IMG/VR virus record: IMGVR_UViG_3300013121_000027
Location: 32,001-96,000 of that record
Length of the DNA: 64,000 bases
From: a virus
Lineage: Duplodnaviria > Caudoviricetes
Strand: one strand, 5' to 3'
Position 1 is the stretch's first letter. Each line of letters opens with the position of its first letter. Made by a program: the position numbers and the translations under genes. The notes under the pieces are model-generated. The model saw only the letters and a program-made list of their open reading frames with translations. It was not told where the DNA came from and searched no databases. Positions 9,048 through 21,143 of the stretch are shown here, in pieces.

Positions 9048-11538
9048 ATGTTTGAAATTATAGTTATTATTGTAGTTGCTCTTATAACTTCTTTGTGTAC
9101 TTCTACCCTTGCAGCTACGGTTTTGAGTGGTATTGATACACCAAGTCCTTGGTATAATAGACTTTATTCTACTATGCCTCGTAGGATTTTATCTACTCTT
9201 TTTGCTCTTCTTTGGCTTCCTTTTGTTTTTCTTTCTTTTTTTAAGCTTATCTTTATTGTACTGTGGGATTTTATAGTTAAAGGAAAATTAGATTGATTTC
9301 ACGAATTGTAAAAGCAGCCTTTTTTATTTTTTCATTTGGTGTCATAGCTACTGCTTGTGGAGATGATATTCAAAGGGACGATAGTTGGGATAGAGAACAA
9401 CTTCAAAAATGTCTCGATGAAGGCAATACCCCTCTTTATACTCAACAATCACATTATAATGATACAGTAACTATTACGTTTATTGCGTGTGATCCTGCTC
9501 CATGAGAACTTATTTGTTATGATTGATTTTGTCATCATAATAGTTCTTGCTATAATTTTTATATATCTAAGTTATTTTGCTGATAGCATAAAAGATAAGG
9601 ATTAATAATATGAGCCTTTATAATCTTTTGTTTGGCGCCAATCCAGATAGAGAAGCTCTTGTCGCTGTTGTAAATGAAATCCAACCAATTGATGTTGGTC
9701 GTTTTCGTGATGTTTGGGTCGAGAAAAAAGATGGCGAATTAGCCATTGCTATTTATACTCGTAATGGTGGTGGAAATCGCGAAGATTATCAAAACCAAAT
9801 AGAATCCATGCAAGAACATCCCTGGTATGTTTCTGACGCGGATGACTATTTTGATGAAACTTACGCAACTTTTTATTTTCGAATTCCCAAAGATCTAGAT
9901 CCTAAAATACTTGAGAAGCTTTATTCTATGGCTGTAGATCCAGTTGATACGAGTGCTGTATGGCAAGAAGTAATAGAGCAGTTGGAGAAACAAAATGAAG
10001 CTTAAAACTCGACGTAACGGCAATATAGCTATAATAGCTATATGGGTAGGCTTTTGGGCTTATGTCTTCATTAGGACTCTCTGATGGAAAGAAAACCATT
10101 TATTGAAAAACAAGGTTTTTTGGCGGATTTAATTAATTTTCTTCTTTGCCGTCGCCTTTATAGAGTTCCCAAAAGAACATTAGCTAATGGTGGAAAAGTC
10201 TATAAAAACTATGTCTTTGATGGAGAGATTTGGCGATCCGCCGATGATTTGAAAAAGCACAACAAATGAAATTTAAACCGACTCGTCTTGGTATTATTAT
10301 TCTTTTTCTTTTTTTTCTTTCCATTCTTTTTCTTGCATTTGGATGGAAAGGTGCTGCTCAAATAACTTTTCTTGTTTTATTTTTTATTGTGTTGTCTTTT
10401 AGAGATCCTGTTCTCTATTGTAATCAAACTAAAATTAAACAAGAATTTAAAGTTGAAATTGAACAAAAACCTAGTGAATTTATTCTATTACAAAATTCAC
10501 TAAGAGATGCCCTTGTTGCTGATCCTAATAGTAGGCAAGTTCAAGCTGATCTTATTATGTCAAATTTTGCATTACAACTTACAACATTTGCACCTCAGTG
10601 GAATAAAAAAGATTATGATGTAATGGATGCATACCAATACTATTATAAAACTTTTTTAAAAGATGATTAAAAATGACTGATTTAGAATATGAATTAGAAG
10701 AAATTCGCCAACTTCGCAACTCTTATACTGATCAGCAATTAGACGCCCCAATAGTTGTTAACTACTCTGATGGCACCTCAAGTACTTTATGTACTCTTCG
10801 AGAATCTTTTACTCGTGAGATGGAAAATTTGATTATTGCGGATTATCTTATTGATCAATATCCTAATATTCCTTTTGGTTATGAAATGCCAGAAGATTTA
10901 GCCCAAAAAATTAAACAAGAACTCGAAAAATAAAATTGCTTAAAAAAACAAAAAGCAGTACAATTAGAACTTAAGGTATAATTATGGTATCTATATCTTT
11001 AATTCATCAGTGCTCATTTAAAAAGTGTAAAAATATCGCAATATATAAAATCACTTTAGAAAATGGAAAAGAAGTAGCTCAATCTTGTGAGCTACATAAG
11101 TTTTGGGCTAAAAGATTAGCTAAAGAAATTGAAAATTCGTAAAAAGGATTTTATGACAACTGAAAGAAATTGGGCTGATGAAAGATCTGAAAAAGATGCT
11201 CCTTGTCATTATAATAACGAAGAAGCTCATGCTTGGGTGGCTGGATATAATTCCGCAATAGAAGCATTTAAAAAAGAATTAGTTAACGACTTAGCCAATT
11301 TTATATCTAAACCATGAAATTAGTTAAACATCAAAGATATGAAACACAACGTTCTAAGCCCTGGCATATTATAGATGAAAGTCGCAATAGAACTTTTTGT
11401 GGAGCTTTAATGTATCATGGTAAAAGCTATATTAATTTAGAATACGATATAATTATTGATGAATTACCTCAAGGTCAAATATTTTGTTCTGTTTGTGAAA
11501 AACTACATTTGAAAAAACCATTAACATTACTTGAATAA
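9048..11538 (+). other. Cluster of small co-oriented hypothetical ORFs, including membrane or lipoprotein-like ones and a 131 aa protein at 9610-10005
   Basis: Tightly packed ORFs with overlapping starts and stops. Confidence 0.6.
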
Positions 11539-11551
11539 AAATAAAAATCTT

Positions 11552-11627
11552 TCCGGCGTAATTCAATTGGCAGAATGTCGCGCTGTTAACGCGAAAGTTA
11601 GGGGTCCGAGTCCTCTCGCCGGAGCCA
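11552..11627 (+). tRNA. tRNA-Asn(GTT) with encoded CCA
   Basis: TCCGGCG/CGCCGGA; TCGCG-CTGTTAA-CGCGA; T-loop variant TCCGAGT. Confidence 0.9.
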
Positions 11628-12113
11628 TTAGTATATTTAGTTTAAAATAGCTATTTATTATATTATACAATACAAATAGAAAGTTATTTTAAATGACTAG
11701 AAATAAAAGATTTTTTTTTGAATCTTATGTTATAAAAAGACGCTATCTTTCAGAATATTATATAAAAAGAACGGAAGAGTATAAATTAAAAAACCTTGAT
11801 ACAAAAAATCTTAAGATTTCTGAAAAACTGTGGTTTGTTAAAACTCACGAAACTCCCAATCAAAATGTAATCAAATTTTGTAGATTAACTTCAGAAGATA
11901 TATTAACTGGCAATGCTTATAATAAGTATTACAATAATGCTAGTGAACAATTTAGTGATTTTAAACCCGATGAATTAAAATGGTTATCTCGTAGATGCTA
12001 TCCTCTTTCTAAATTTATTCTATTATTAAAAGTAAATAATGTAGCTATAACTATTTATACATCTGTAACAATAGCTTTTCTTATAAATCTTTTACTTTAT
12101 AATTAATTATTTT

Positions 12114-12187
12114 CGCCACATAGCTTAAATCTGGTTAAAGCCCCATATTTTTGTTGGGAAGATATAGGTTCGAATCCTATTGTGGCA
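12114..12187 (+). pseudogene. tRNA-like sequence with a degenerate anticodon arm (isotype unclear)
   Basis: GCCACA/TGTGGC stem, GCTT/AAGC D arm, ATAGG-TTCGAAT-CCTAT T arm; anticodon arm CCCA-TATTTTTGT-TGGG is irregular. Confidence 0.6.
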
Positions 12188-12189
12188 CT

Positions 12190-15100
12190 ATGAAAAATAA
12201 TTTTAATGTGCGACTTTCCCATGTTTGGTATGATGGACCAAATGTAGCAATAGAAGTTTTAGAAGACAATGAATGGATTCCTTATGGAAAAAGTTTATTG
12301 GCGGATTCTATTGATGAATGGGCTAATGAGAATTCTGTAGATATGGAACTTGATCCTGATATTCATACTCCTGGTTTATATTACTTTGATGGTATAGATA
12401 TGGAAAAGGTTGATGAATCAAAAACTTAAAGATGAGTTAGCTTCTGTTATTGATGAGACAACAGCTCCAGATGATTTATTCAATAAGCTCTTAGTATTTA
12501 TTGAATATAATTATGAATTTAAATGTCCGGCGATTATTTATGGTGGTCCCGGACATCAATCAAGACATACTTGTGATCGAAATAATCCACATTCTATTGA
12601 TGATACTCATTATAATGATTATGGATATGAATGGACTGAAACTGCTGTAGTTGAAAATGGAAAATTAATATTTAATCCAAAAAATATGGAATGCTCCAAC
12701 TATTATTGGTGAAGAAAGCACTGAGATAAGAGTATATCGCGGATTTGTATACTATCCAGGCGCAATGGCTGAAATCAAAGAGGATATATGAAACTATGGC
12801 TTTTAACATATGAACATAGTATCGATTATGAAGGTGTCGAGACGAATATAATTGGTATTTTTGATGAAATTGAAAAGGCATTAGAAGCCGCAAAACCAAT
12901 TGAAACATATTTACGTAAAGAATATGAAAATTATTCTACAAATAGAAAATGGTTTGATTGGAACGGAAATGAAGAAACTGGTTATTATCTTCAAATGGTA
13001 TATTTAGTTGGTAATTATTCTGTTTCTATTAGCCCTATTGAATTAAATAAAGCTGAGATACCAAATTATGTCTTCTAATGATCCAGAACTTGCTGAACAA
13101 CTATTAAAGAGGTTATAAATAATGTCTGATATAAAATGTCCTTTTAAAATAGGTGATAAAATACAACATCTTAGTAGTTTGCCTTCACCTCGTGACGTTG
13201 TATTTGTCGGAAAAAAATTCATGGTCGTTAGCTATAAAGATAATGACTTTGATACAATTGTCCACGATATCAGTTATAAACATTGGAAAATTTGGGAACC
13301 TGAATGTCCATTTAAAATAGGTGATACCGTATATCATCGCAATGCTGGCAATTTTGTGGTAAAAAATATTGAACGCCATCCAACCATTAATGCTTGGCTA
13401 ATTAATGGTCACTTATTACATGAAGATGACCCCACAAGTATATATAGATTAACTAAAGTAGATCCGCCAAACCAAAGAACTACTTGGCAATTTGAAACAG
13501 AATATACATATCCTGCTATTGGTGATAGATTTATCTACGGCAAAGAACAGTATATTACTGTAGCAAACAATATGGATGTTAATCATCTACAAGAGGTAAT
13601 TGTACGTGATTCTATTAAAAAAATAGATCCTTATAATTCACAATATCTTAGATGTGGATTTTGCGATCATACATATATATATTCTTTAGTTAATGGTAAA
13701 GCAATAGATTATTGTTATCGTTGTGGATCTAATAATCTATTGGATTTTGATAATAGATTTGTTGGACCTCAGCCAAAATTCTAACCAATGAAAATTATAT
13801 TTGATATCTTATACTATGCTGCACTATGGATATCCCCTGGATTGTTTCTTGTAATCTGGATTAAAGTCCATTTTAAATTGCACAAATCCTCATTTAAACT
13901 TACTGATCGTGAAGTCTTTTTATATTTGTTGCTTGGTCCTATATCTTTCTTTATGATATTAGCCGCAATTACCATTCATCTTTATAAGGAATTTAAACAA
14001 TGACTCGCCAAATTCAATTAACGAATATTGAAATTCCTATTTTTGAAAAAGCCAAACTTACTAATATTCCATTTTTCCTCGTGCGAGAAAGTGATCCCTG
14101 GTCATCTATTCAACCCGTTCCACCCGCCGAGTTCGTGCAGGCGTGTGCGCCGTGCGAGACGTGCGGGGACGTTCGACGCCGCACCGTCAAGGACATGAGC
14201 GGCATAGAGACCTTCGGCGTGCCCTGCCTCAACTGCCGTATCGAACTGGTGAGTCAGTGCTCATGGTGCTATGAATACGGACTCGTAGCCGACGAATTCA
14301 GACACTGGGGACCACGCGCCCACAATCGACGCACCCTCGGCTACGCCTACGCCGTGGGGTCGCCGCTGGTGATCATCGCTCAGCCATCTGCCGATACGTG
14401 GCCCGCCACAGAGTGCATTGTCGTCATGGGGCAGAGGATCGAGCACTGGAAGCCAACGCACAATCCTTCGGGTGCCATCGTGACGTTCGACATCACCGAC
14501 CACCTCGCCCACTACGGTGATCCTAAACTATTAGTTGGTAAATGGTTGATTAAGTTAAATGTGATGAAAAAATGAAACGTAGAACTTGTGTAATTTGTGG
14601 AAAAAAATACTTTCCATTTTTTAAATCAATGGGAGTTAGATCATTAGGTAAAAATAAAACCTGTTCTTGGAAATGTGTTAGTTCTTATATGGAACGTAAT
14701 TGTCAGGATACAATCTATGGATAAGATTTCTGATGAGCGAATTGAAAGAATCACCACGCGACATTCTGATGAATGTCATTGTGATGAATTGCATGTTGCT
14801 TTAGCTCGTGAAGTTCAATATTATCGTACTCTTGAAGCTCGTTGCTCTATTGCTGGTTTCTCTTTAGAGGAACTTACAAGCGAAGAAGAAGCGTGTGCAG
14901 CATTTCAAGTTCTTCGCGATTTCGAAGCTCGCTGTAAAAAAATTGGTTTTACATTAGAAGAAGTTATATTGCGATTTGAACAAAATAGCTATGATACTCC
15001 GAAAGAAGAAAAATGAGTACTGCAAAAGATATTATTTCTCAATTTTATAAGAATAAGTTTCCAACATACAAAGATTTAATTAAAAGTGTTGTTAATGGTG

Positions 15101-15664
15101 ATCTTTCACAACCATATCTTCGATATGCATTAATTAAAGACTATAAAACTTGGGCTGTTAAAATCGGTGACATGGAAGTCGTATTCCTTAATGATCGCTC
15201 TGCACATTGGTATATAGATTATTTCCGTCAAATTAAACTTAATCCATGGCGTCTTAAGCGTGCTCTAAGAAAAAGAGGAGTTTCTCTTGATGTAATTCCC
15301 ATAAATCCATATCAAGAGTATGTGGATGAACTTATTGGTCAATATAAACAAGAAGCTTTAGATCGTTTTGAAAAAATGTATGTAAAGTATAAATCACACG
15401 TAGAAAAGCCTGTATATCATGATAAAGAACTTTTTTAAAAAAATTTGTAGAGAATGGGCTGATATCTGGGATGACGATTGGATTGTTGGCATAATCGTAG
15501 TTTTTTTAACTTTGATTATTTTAGGTATGTCTGGAACTCTGCTTTATGCAATAATACTTCTTTGTGTATTAAACCCCATACCATTTGGTATTGTCCTTCT
15601 TGGTTTTACTTTTATAATTGGACTTTTGTGGATTATGTATAAAATAGGAAAGACGAATGACTGA
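12190..15664 (+). other. Cluster of small hypothetical ORFs, including a 220 aa protein with repeated CPFKIGD and a 191 aa ORF with a GC-rich core
   Basis: ORF track; packed and co-oriented. Confidence 0.6.
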
Positions 15665-15911
15665 TCTTTCTCTTGATAAAGAACTTGACATTACTCTTGA
15701 TACTGAGGAGCCTAAAGCCGCCCATATTGTAGATAGAGGTGAAGATACTCGTTCCGCCCCTACTATTATTCTTGAAGCTATGATTAACGGTACCTCTATT
15801 ACCGCCTTGTGTGGTCATACGTGGGTTCCAAGCCGTGATCCTAACAAGTATCCTGTCTGTTCTAAATGTCTTGAGATATTTGAATTTGTGAAAGATTATA
15901 GGGGCGTTTAA
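15657..15911 (+). CDS. DUF3039-family protein (actinobacterial)
   Basis: AHIV...I.EAMING...ALCGHTWVPSRDP.KYPVC..C.EI signature. Confidence 0.8.
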   Translation: MTDLSLDKELDITLDTEEPKAAHIVDRGEDTRSAPTIILEAMINGTSITALCGHTWVPSRDPNKYPVCSKCLEIFEFVKDYRGV

Positions 15912-15920
15912 AAAAACAAA

Positions 15921-15993
15921 GGGCGCATAACTCAGCTGGCAGAGTGCTTCTTTTACAAGGAAGTGGTCGGGAGTTCAAGTCTCTCTGCGCCCA
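15921..15993 (+). tRNA. tRNA-Val(TAC)
   Basis: GGGCGCA/TGCGCCC; CTTCT-TTTACAA-GGAAG. Confidence 0.9.
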
Positions 15994-15997
15994 CCTT

Positions 15998-16071
15998 GGT
16001 AGTCATAGTGTTAGCGGTTAGCACGTCAGTTTGTGGCACTGAAAGCATGGATTCGAATTCCATTGATTACC
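15998..16071 (+). tRNA. tRNA-His(GTG) with encoded G-1
   Basis: G-GTAGTCA/TGATTAC-C; TCAGT-TTGTGGC-ACTGA. Confidence 0.9.
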
Positions 16072-16324
16072 CAAAGTATGAAGAAGTATATTAAAAGAAA
16101 TAACATAAGATTTCCTTATCATATCCTTAAAGATATAACAAATGGAACTCCTATTATATGGAATTCTTATTGTAAGGCTTTTCAAGGTTATGAATGGATT
16201 GGTTCTACTTATGGTCCATATAAAGATTTTACTGAATATGATGATATAAATAAAATTCCATCAAAAGATTTTGTTTGTCGAAATTGCATTAGGGCTTATG
16301 AAAAAGCTAATCCATAATTTAAAT

Positions 16325-16407
16325 GGAGACTTCGCCTAATTGGTATGGCAGCACTTTGCTAAAGTGCCGGGGTAACACCTGTGCAAGTTCGATCCTTGCA
16401 GTCTCCG
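16325..16407 (+). tRNA. tRNA-Ser(GCT)
   Basis: GGAGACT/AGTCTCC-G; GCACT-TTGCTAA-AGTGC; long variable arm. Confidence 0.9.
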
Positions 16408-16429
16408 CTATAGAGAAAAGAGAATATCA

Positions 16430-17032
16430 ATGTCTGATGAACAAAATGGGAAGCCCCCTTCTTTAAAGGACGCTTTACAACAGCAAGTTAATACCGTTAA
16501 AACCCAAACTTCCTCTATTATAGCAAGTAATGATCTAATAACCAGTTTTTGGGGTCCAGTAGCCGGAACCCTACTTACAGCTAAAGTTCCTTCCGACAAT
16601 ACTGTTTATATTGAATCTTCTCCATCTTACCACACTGTATCCCCCTATACTCAATCTACTATAATAAAATGCCCTATTTGTGAAGCTGACTCTAAACTAA
16701 TTGAAAATTGTAAGTTTTGTGGTGGGCGAGGAAGTTTGGGTATTGATATTCTTAGAAGTTTTGTAAAACAAGTTTTTGAGATTGAGGATATTAAGGGTGA
16801 AAGTGGATTTTCTCAAGGTGTGAATTCAATTTTGAGTGCTATACGCAAGCTACCGCAATTGATTGCTGAAAAACGAGCCTTAGCAAAAGTCACTCAATAC
16901 ACAAATAACCATTCAGGCGATCACTCACATACACCTAAGCCAATGGGATCTATATTTCCTCCTAAAATTTCTTCTAAATTGATTAAATATAATAAGCCTT
17001 CTTCTTTTATTGACGAAGCAAATCTTTATTAA
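16430..17032 (+). CDS. Hypothetical protein with a CxxC...CxxCxGxG zinc finger
   Basis: CPIC...CKFCGGRG. Confidence 0.6.
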   Translation: MSDEQNGKPPSLKDALQQQVNTVKTQTSSIIASNDLITSFWGPVAGTLLTAKVPSDNTVYIESSPSYHTVSPYTQSTIIKCPICEADSKLIENCKFCGGRGSLGIDILRSFVKQVFEIEDIKGESGFSQGVNSILSAIRKLPQLIAEKRALAKVTQYTNNHSGDHSHTPKPMGSIFPPKISSKLIKYNKPSSFIDEANLY

Positions 17033-17938
17033 TATGAAATCTATTCAAGAAACATTAAATGCTTTTAGTATTGGTACAATCACTTTCACTAATAGGTGTA
17101 TGAATATACCTATTTTTTTAGATGGAAAGCCATTTAATCATAGTTATTCTCTTCAATACCTTCTTCGTCAAAGTGAAACTCCACAAATATTAGAATTTCC
17201 AAAAGGATTTCCTATCGATCAGTTTAGGTCCTTTTTATTTCCTTCTTTACAACCAATTTGTAATGTCCTAAAAAGTAAGACTTCATCTGTACGATGCTCA
17301 CAACCTCTTGGGCATAGCACTATAATCCATACACATTGTAAAGGTTATGAGTATACTGAAGGTCATCTTCTGTTTGAAGTGATTGGTGAAAATAGACGTT
17401 ACTTTTGTTTAGAAGATGAGTTCTTTCAAAATAAGCTATTTTACGACTATCATTTTCATAAGTTTTCTAATTTTCAATTATATACATCTCTATTTAATTC
17501 TCAAATCAATACAATTCTTCAAGCTTATCCACTGACTGCATTAACTAAACAAAATGTCTTTGATTATTATTTAATTTATTGTTTAACATATCATGCATTT
17601 GATCCTTCTTTTTTAAATGTTAAGATCATATATAATTTAATCCCATTTATACAAGATCGTAACTCTCCAGATCCTATTAAAATGAGCGATGATTGTATTA
17701 AAGCTTGTGAAAATGAAATCTTTTTTAAAAATAATAAAGAATATATAAAGGATTATTTACCATGAAGCGCAAAATAGGTTTTGTTCTTACTGCACTTGGT
17801 GCAACCTCTGGTCTTGCTTCTATTTGGTGGTGGGCTACTGGAACCATGACAGAAAAACAAGGTGTTGCTGCTGCTGTTACAACTGGTGTATTGTTATTAT
17901 CTGGTGGATTGATTTTCGAATAGAAAATAAAGATACAT

Positions 17939-18028
17939 GGGGGCGTGGCGAAGCTGGCTGAAACGCAGCAGACTTAAAATCTGCTACCCACGAGGTAAAC
18001 ACCGCGGGTTCGATCCCCGCCGCCCCTA
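17939..18028 (+). tRNA. tRNA-Leu(TAA)
   Basis: GGGGGCG/CGCCCCT; GCAGA-CTTAAAA-TCTGC; long variable arm. Confidence 0.9.
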
Positions 18029-18084
18029 CAATTAAGATAAAAATCCCTTTTAACTATATTGTTACCATTTAAAGGTAGTGTAAA

Positions 18085-18702
18085 ATGACTTCTGAAAAAG
18101 CTGCTCAATCATATATAGATCACCATCCAGAGGCAGAGCAATATCGCGATAAGCTTGCGGATTTCTTTAATCATTTTGAAGGACCAAAAGTAATTGAATG
18201 TGGTATAGGATGGCTTCCGACCATTCTTTTAGCTCATGAAGCCCTTAAGCTTATTACTCCTGATTACAAGATATCTCAAATTAAAGAGAAATTTGGCGGC
18301 TTAAGATATTACGCTGGTGGTGGATTTCCTTGGGACACTCCACAAGGCTATGCTTTCGAATCTATTCTTGGAAATGCCGAAAGAGAAGCTTCTACTATCT
18401 GTGAGAATTGTGGAGAAAAAGGTTATGGTCCTAACTTCTTTTACGTAAAAATACGCACTTTCTCTGGTTGGCATCATACTTACTGTGATCCTTGCGAAGT
18501 TGAATATATTCAAAAGCGTTATGGCAAAAAATGTGAAACTGATGAAAAAGTTAAACAGTATTTTGATTCTGTTAAAGCTGAAGTTGAACGTATGAAGCAA
18601 TTTCATATTGAATCTGCTGAACGAGCCAAAAAATATGAAGAAGAGAATCAAGCTAAAATAGCTGAACGAGAAGCAAAGAAAAATGCAGCGAATTCTGACT
18701 GA
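18085..18702 (+). CDS. Conserved phage protein (QIKEKFGGLRYY motif, Zn-binding)
   Basis: GW...QIKEKFGGLRYY...S.TICENCG...GW..TYC..C. Confidence 0.7.
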   Translation: MTSEKAAQSYIDHHPEAEQYRDKLADFFNHFEGPKVIECGIGWLPTILLAHEALKLITPDYKISQIKEKFGGLRYYAGGGFPWDTPQGYAFESILGNAEREASTICENCGEKGYGPNFFYVKIRTFSGWHHTYCDPCEVEYIQKRYGKKCETDEKVKQYFDSVKAEVERMKQFHIESAERAKKYEEENQAKIAEREAKKNAANSD

Positions 18703-18974
18703 AGAACAAAGGGATCATCTACGTGAATGTTTTGAAGATTGTGATCTTATTTGGGATAGCGAAATTCATCTCTATCCTCTTTATTCTGGCAGATTCATGT
18801 ACGGAGAACAATGTTTCGGATTTGTAATTGATGAACCCGGAAAACTCTTTTTTGCATTAGGATATCTCGCAGCAAAAGATCAAAATCTTTCAATCGACCT
18901 AATGAATTCTCATAAGACAGACAATATGGGCAAAGACTATATCGTTTATTTCCCTGGCTATCTTTGGACTGAAC

Positions 18975-21143
18975 ATGCAAACACCGCAGCAATTAACGCT
19001 TGATCTTATAGATTTAAAACCTATAAATTTTATACCTGAAAACGTTGAGGATGCGATAGATGATTTTCTTGAAGCTCCTATATATTGGAAAAAGTTCAGT
19101 AGATCTATTGATACTGCCAAAAGGAATAAGCAAGTTATTTCAGAACGTAATTGGAACTTTAAGAATTTGAAAAAGTCCTCTGGTACTTTTTTCTATCAGT
19201 TCTTTCTTCCAGTTAGAGAAACTCAATTAGCTACTCATCTGAATTCTCAGATACTGTTCCCAACTTGCTTGTTAAAAAGGTCTGATCGAAATAAAAGTAT
19301 ATATTTTTCTTTAAATGAAGATCAAATAATATCTCCTGATTTTATCAAAGAATATAATCTGATTCCCGAATTTACAACTAATATTGGACAAGGATCTTTC
19401 AAATATTTACTTGAATCTGCATTTTTTTCTTCTTCTTCTAAATCGTTTACTTTTACTCTGTGTTCTTCTACATTAATACTTTTTCAACCTTCTTTATTTC
19501 TTAAAAATAAGCGCTATAGAATATCTCCTATTCTTAGTTCACAAAGTGTTGAACCAAGAGTAAAGATAGTCACTCACTATTCCTTTAAACTTGGATCTAA
19601 TTCTAATCTAACTATAGATCCAGCAAAGTCTTTTGTTATAGTTAATAACCCATTATTAAAAACTCAAACTAAATTTCTTTTTAGAGACTACCCAGATAAA
19701 TATCTTATTCCATTCGCTAAGGATATATTTGAATTTTTTTCAAATAATTCATTTAGAGTGGATGGCTCTGTTGCCAATCAACATAGATATTATACTTCAG
19801 CTATAAGTCAAACCTTTCAGTTTCTTTATGCTCGGCTTATTAATTTCTCTGATATTTTTAAAGAACAAGATTTTCAACCTTTATCAAAAGAACAACATTT
19901 TCAACCTTTATCAAATGTATATGATAATAATCTATACGCTAGTTTGCTACCAATATTTATCTTAAACTATTCTATTTTTCTTAGAAAGAATTTTGTTCAT
20001 AAATTTAGCATTTGGGCTGATCTTTTTAAAGATGAAACTCTTATGTCTTCTTCTTTGGGAAATAAACCTGGTTCTCATCTTTTAGCAGTATCTTTGTATA
20101 AAACAGATAACCAAATACTTGACATAGAAAAAAAAATATCTTCTAAGATTAAATTAAATCCTTATTGTTATTTATATGATTCTTATCTCTTTGATATATT
20201 TTTCGGAGAAAGATCTTATCATCTTTACGCGAAAGAACATTTAGCAACTGTTTTTAAGGATATTAATCTTACTAATTTTAATTGGGCTATAGCAAAAACT
20301 TATCAAGTTATATCTGCCGATCAGAAAAAATTTATTGGACCTTTAGATTCTCTCCAAAGAAATTTATCTTTTCTTTTATCTTTTTATACTATAGTATATT
20401 ATTACCATTCTCATGAACTTGCTAATGTAGATGAATTATTTCCAAAAGCCCATGTTCTAGCTTGCATGCAACATCGAAACTTTATTCCAATTTGGATTGC
20501 TTTTGAGAAATCTCCTTCTTTCTTTTCCCTTCAAAAAAAAAGAACTTTCTTTAATCAATATTTTGCGCTTAGGGAATGTCAATATCTTTCTGATGCCGCA
20601 TCTATCTTAAAAAGTATTGCTCAAACTTTAGGTAATTTAACTGATTTTAAAAATGCCATTGATTGGCGTAATATTAGAACTATTCAAGAAATGCATAATC
20701 ATGTTGCTAAAGTTCAAACTACTTTACGGCATAAAAATATTCCATGTTCGAATCCTTATTATTCAGATTTGGATATATTAGATTTAAATGTTCCTGACAC
20801 TTCTTATCAAATTAAATTTGCCCCAGATACCCATACTGTAATAGGTTGGGGAACTGAACAGCGTCATTGTATTACCAACTATAAAGATTACATTAATAAA
20901 TCAGACTATCTTATATTTGGTGTCTGGGATAAAGAAAATAATAAATGGTTTGGTCATTGCATTCTTTATTATTATCCTAATACTCAATCTTATAAAGAAT
21001 GGCAATTCTACGGCTTTGCTAATTCCGCTCTTGATAAGGATGTCAAAGCAAAGATAAATAAATTTGTATTTAATCTTTTATTTAAAGAAAAACCAAAACT
21101 GTTAGAAGAAAAGAAAAAGAATAACAATCTTGCCTTTGTTTAA
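18975..21143 (+). CDS. Large protein with a C-terminal PcfJ-like domain
   Basis: I.EMHN...WGTEQRHCITNY...Q.YG.AN. Confidence 0.55.
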   Translation: MQTPQQLTLDLIDLKPINFIPENVEDAIDDFLEAPIYWKKFSRSIDTAKRNKQVISERNWNFKNLKKSSGTFFYQFFLPVRETQLATHLNSQILFPTCLLKRSDRNKSIYFSLNEDQIISPDFIKEYNLIPEFTTNIGQGSFKYLLESAFFSSSSKSFTFTLCSSTLILFQPSLFLKNKRYRISPILSSQSVEPRVKIVTHYSFKLGSNSNLTIDPAKSFVIVNNPLLKTQTKFLFRDYPDKYLIPFAKDIFEFFSNNSFRVDGSVANQHRYYTSAISQTFQFLYARLINFSDIFKEQDFQPLSKEQHFQPLSNVYDNNLYASLLPIFILNYSIFLRKNFVHKFSIWADLFKDETLMSSSLGNKPGSHLLAVSLYKTDNQILDIEKKISSKIKLNPYCYLYDSYLFDIFFGERSYHLYAKEHLATVFKDINLTNFNWAIAKTYQVISADQKKFIGPLDSLQRNLSFLLSFYTIVYYYHSHELANVDELFPKAHVLACMQHRNFIPIWIAFEKSPSFFSLQKKRTFFNQYFALRECQYLSDAASILKSIAQTLGNLTDFKNAIDWRNIRTIQEMHNHVAKVQTTLRHKNIPCSNPYYSDLDILDLNVPDTSYQIKFAPDTHTVIGWGTEQRHCITNYKDYINKSDYLIFGVWDKENNKWFGHCILYYYPNTQSYKEWQFYGFANSALDKDVKAKINKFVFNLLFKEKPKLLEEKKKNNNLAFV
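19860..19914 (+). repeat. In-frame 27 bp tandem duplication
   Basis: aaagaacaa(g/c)attttcaacctttatca x2, encoding KEQDFQPLS and KEQHFQPLS. Confidence 0.85.
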
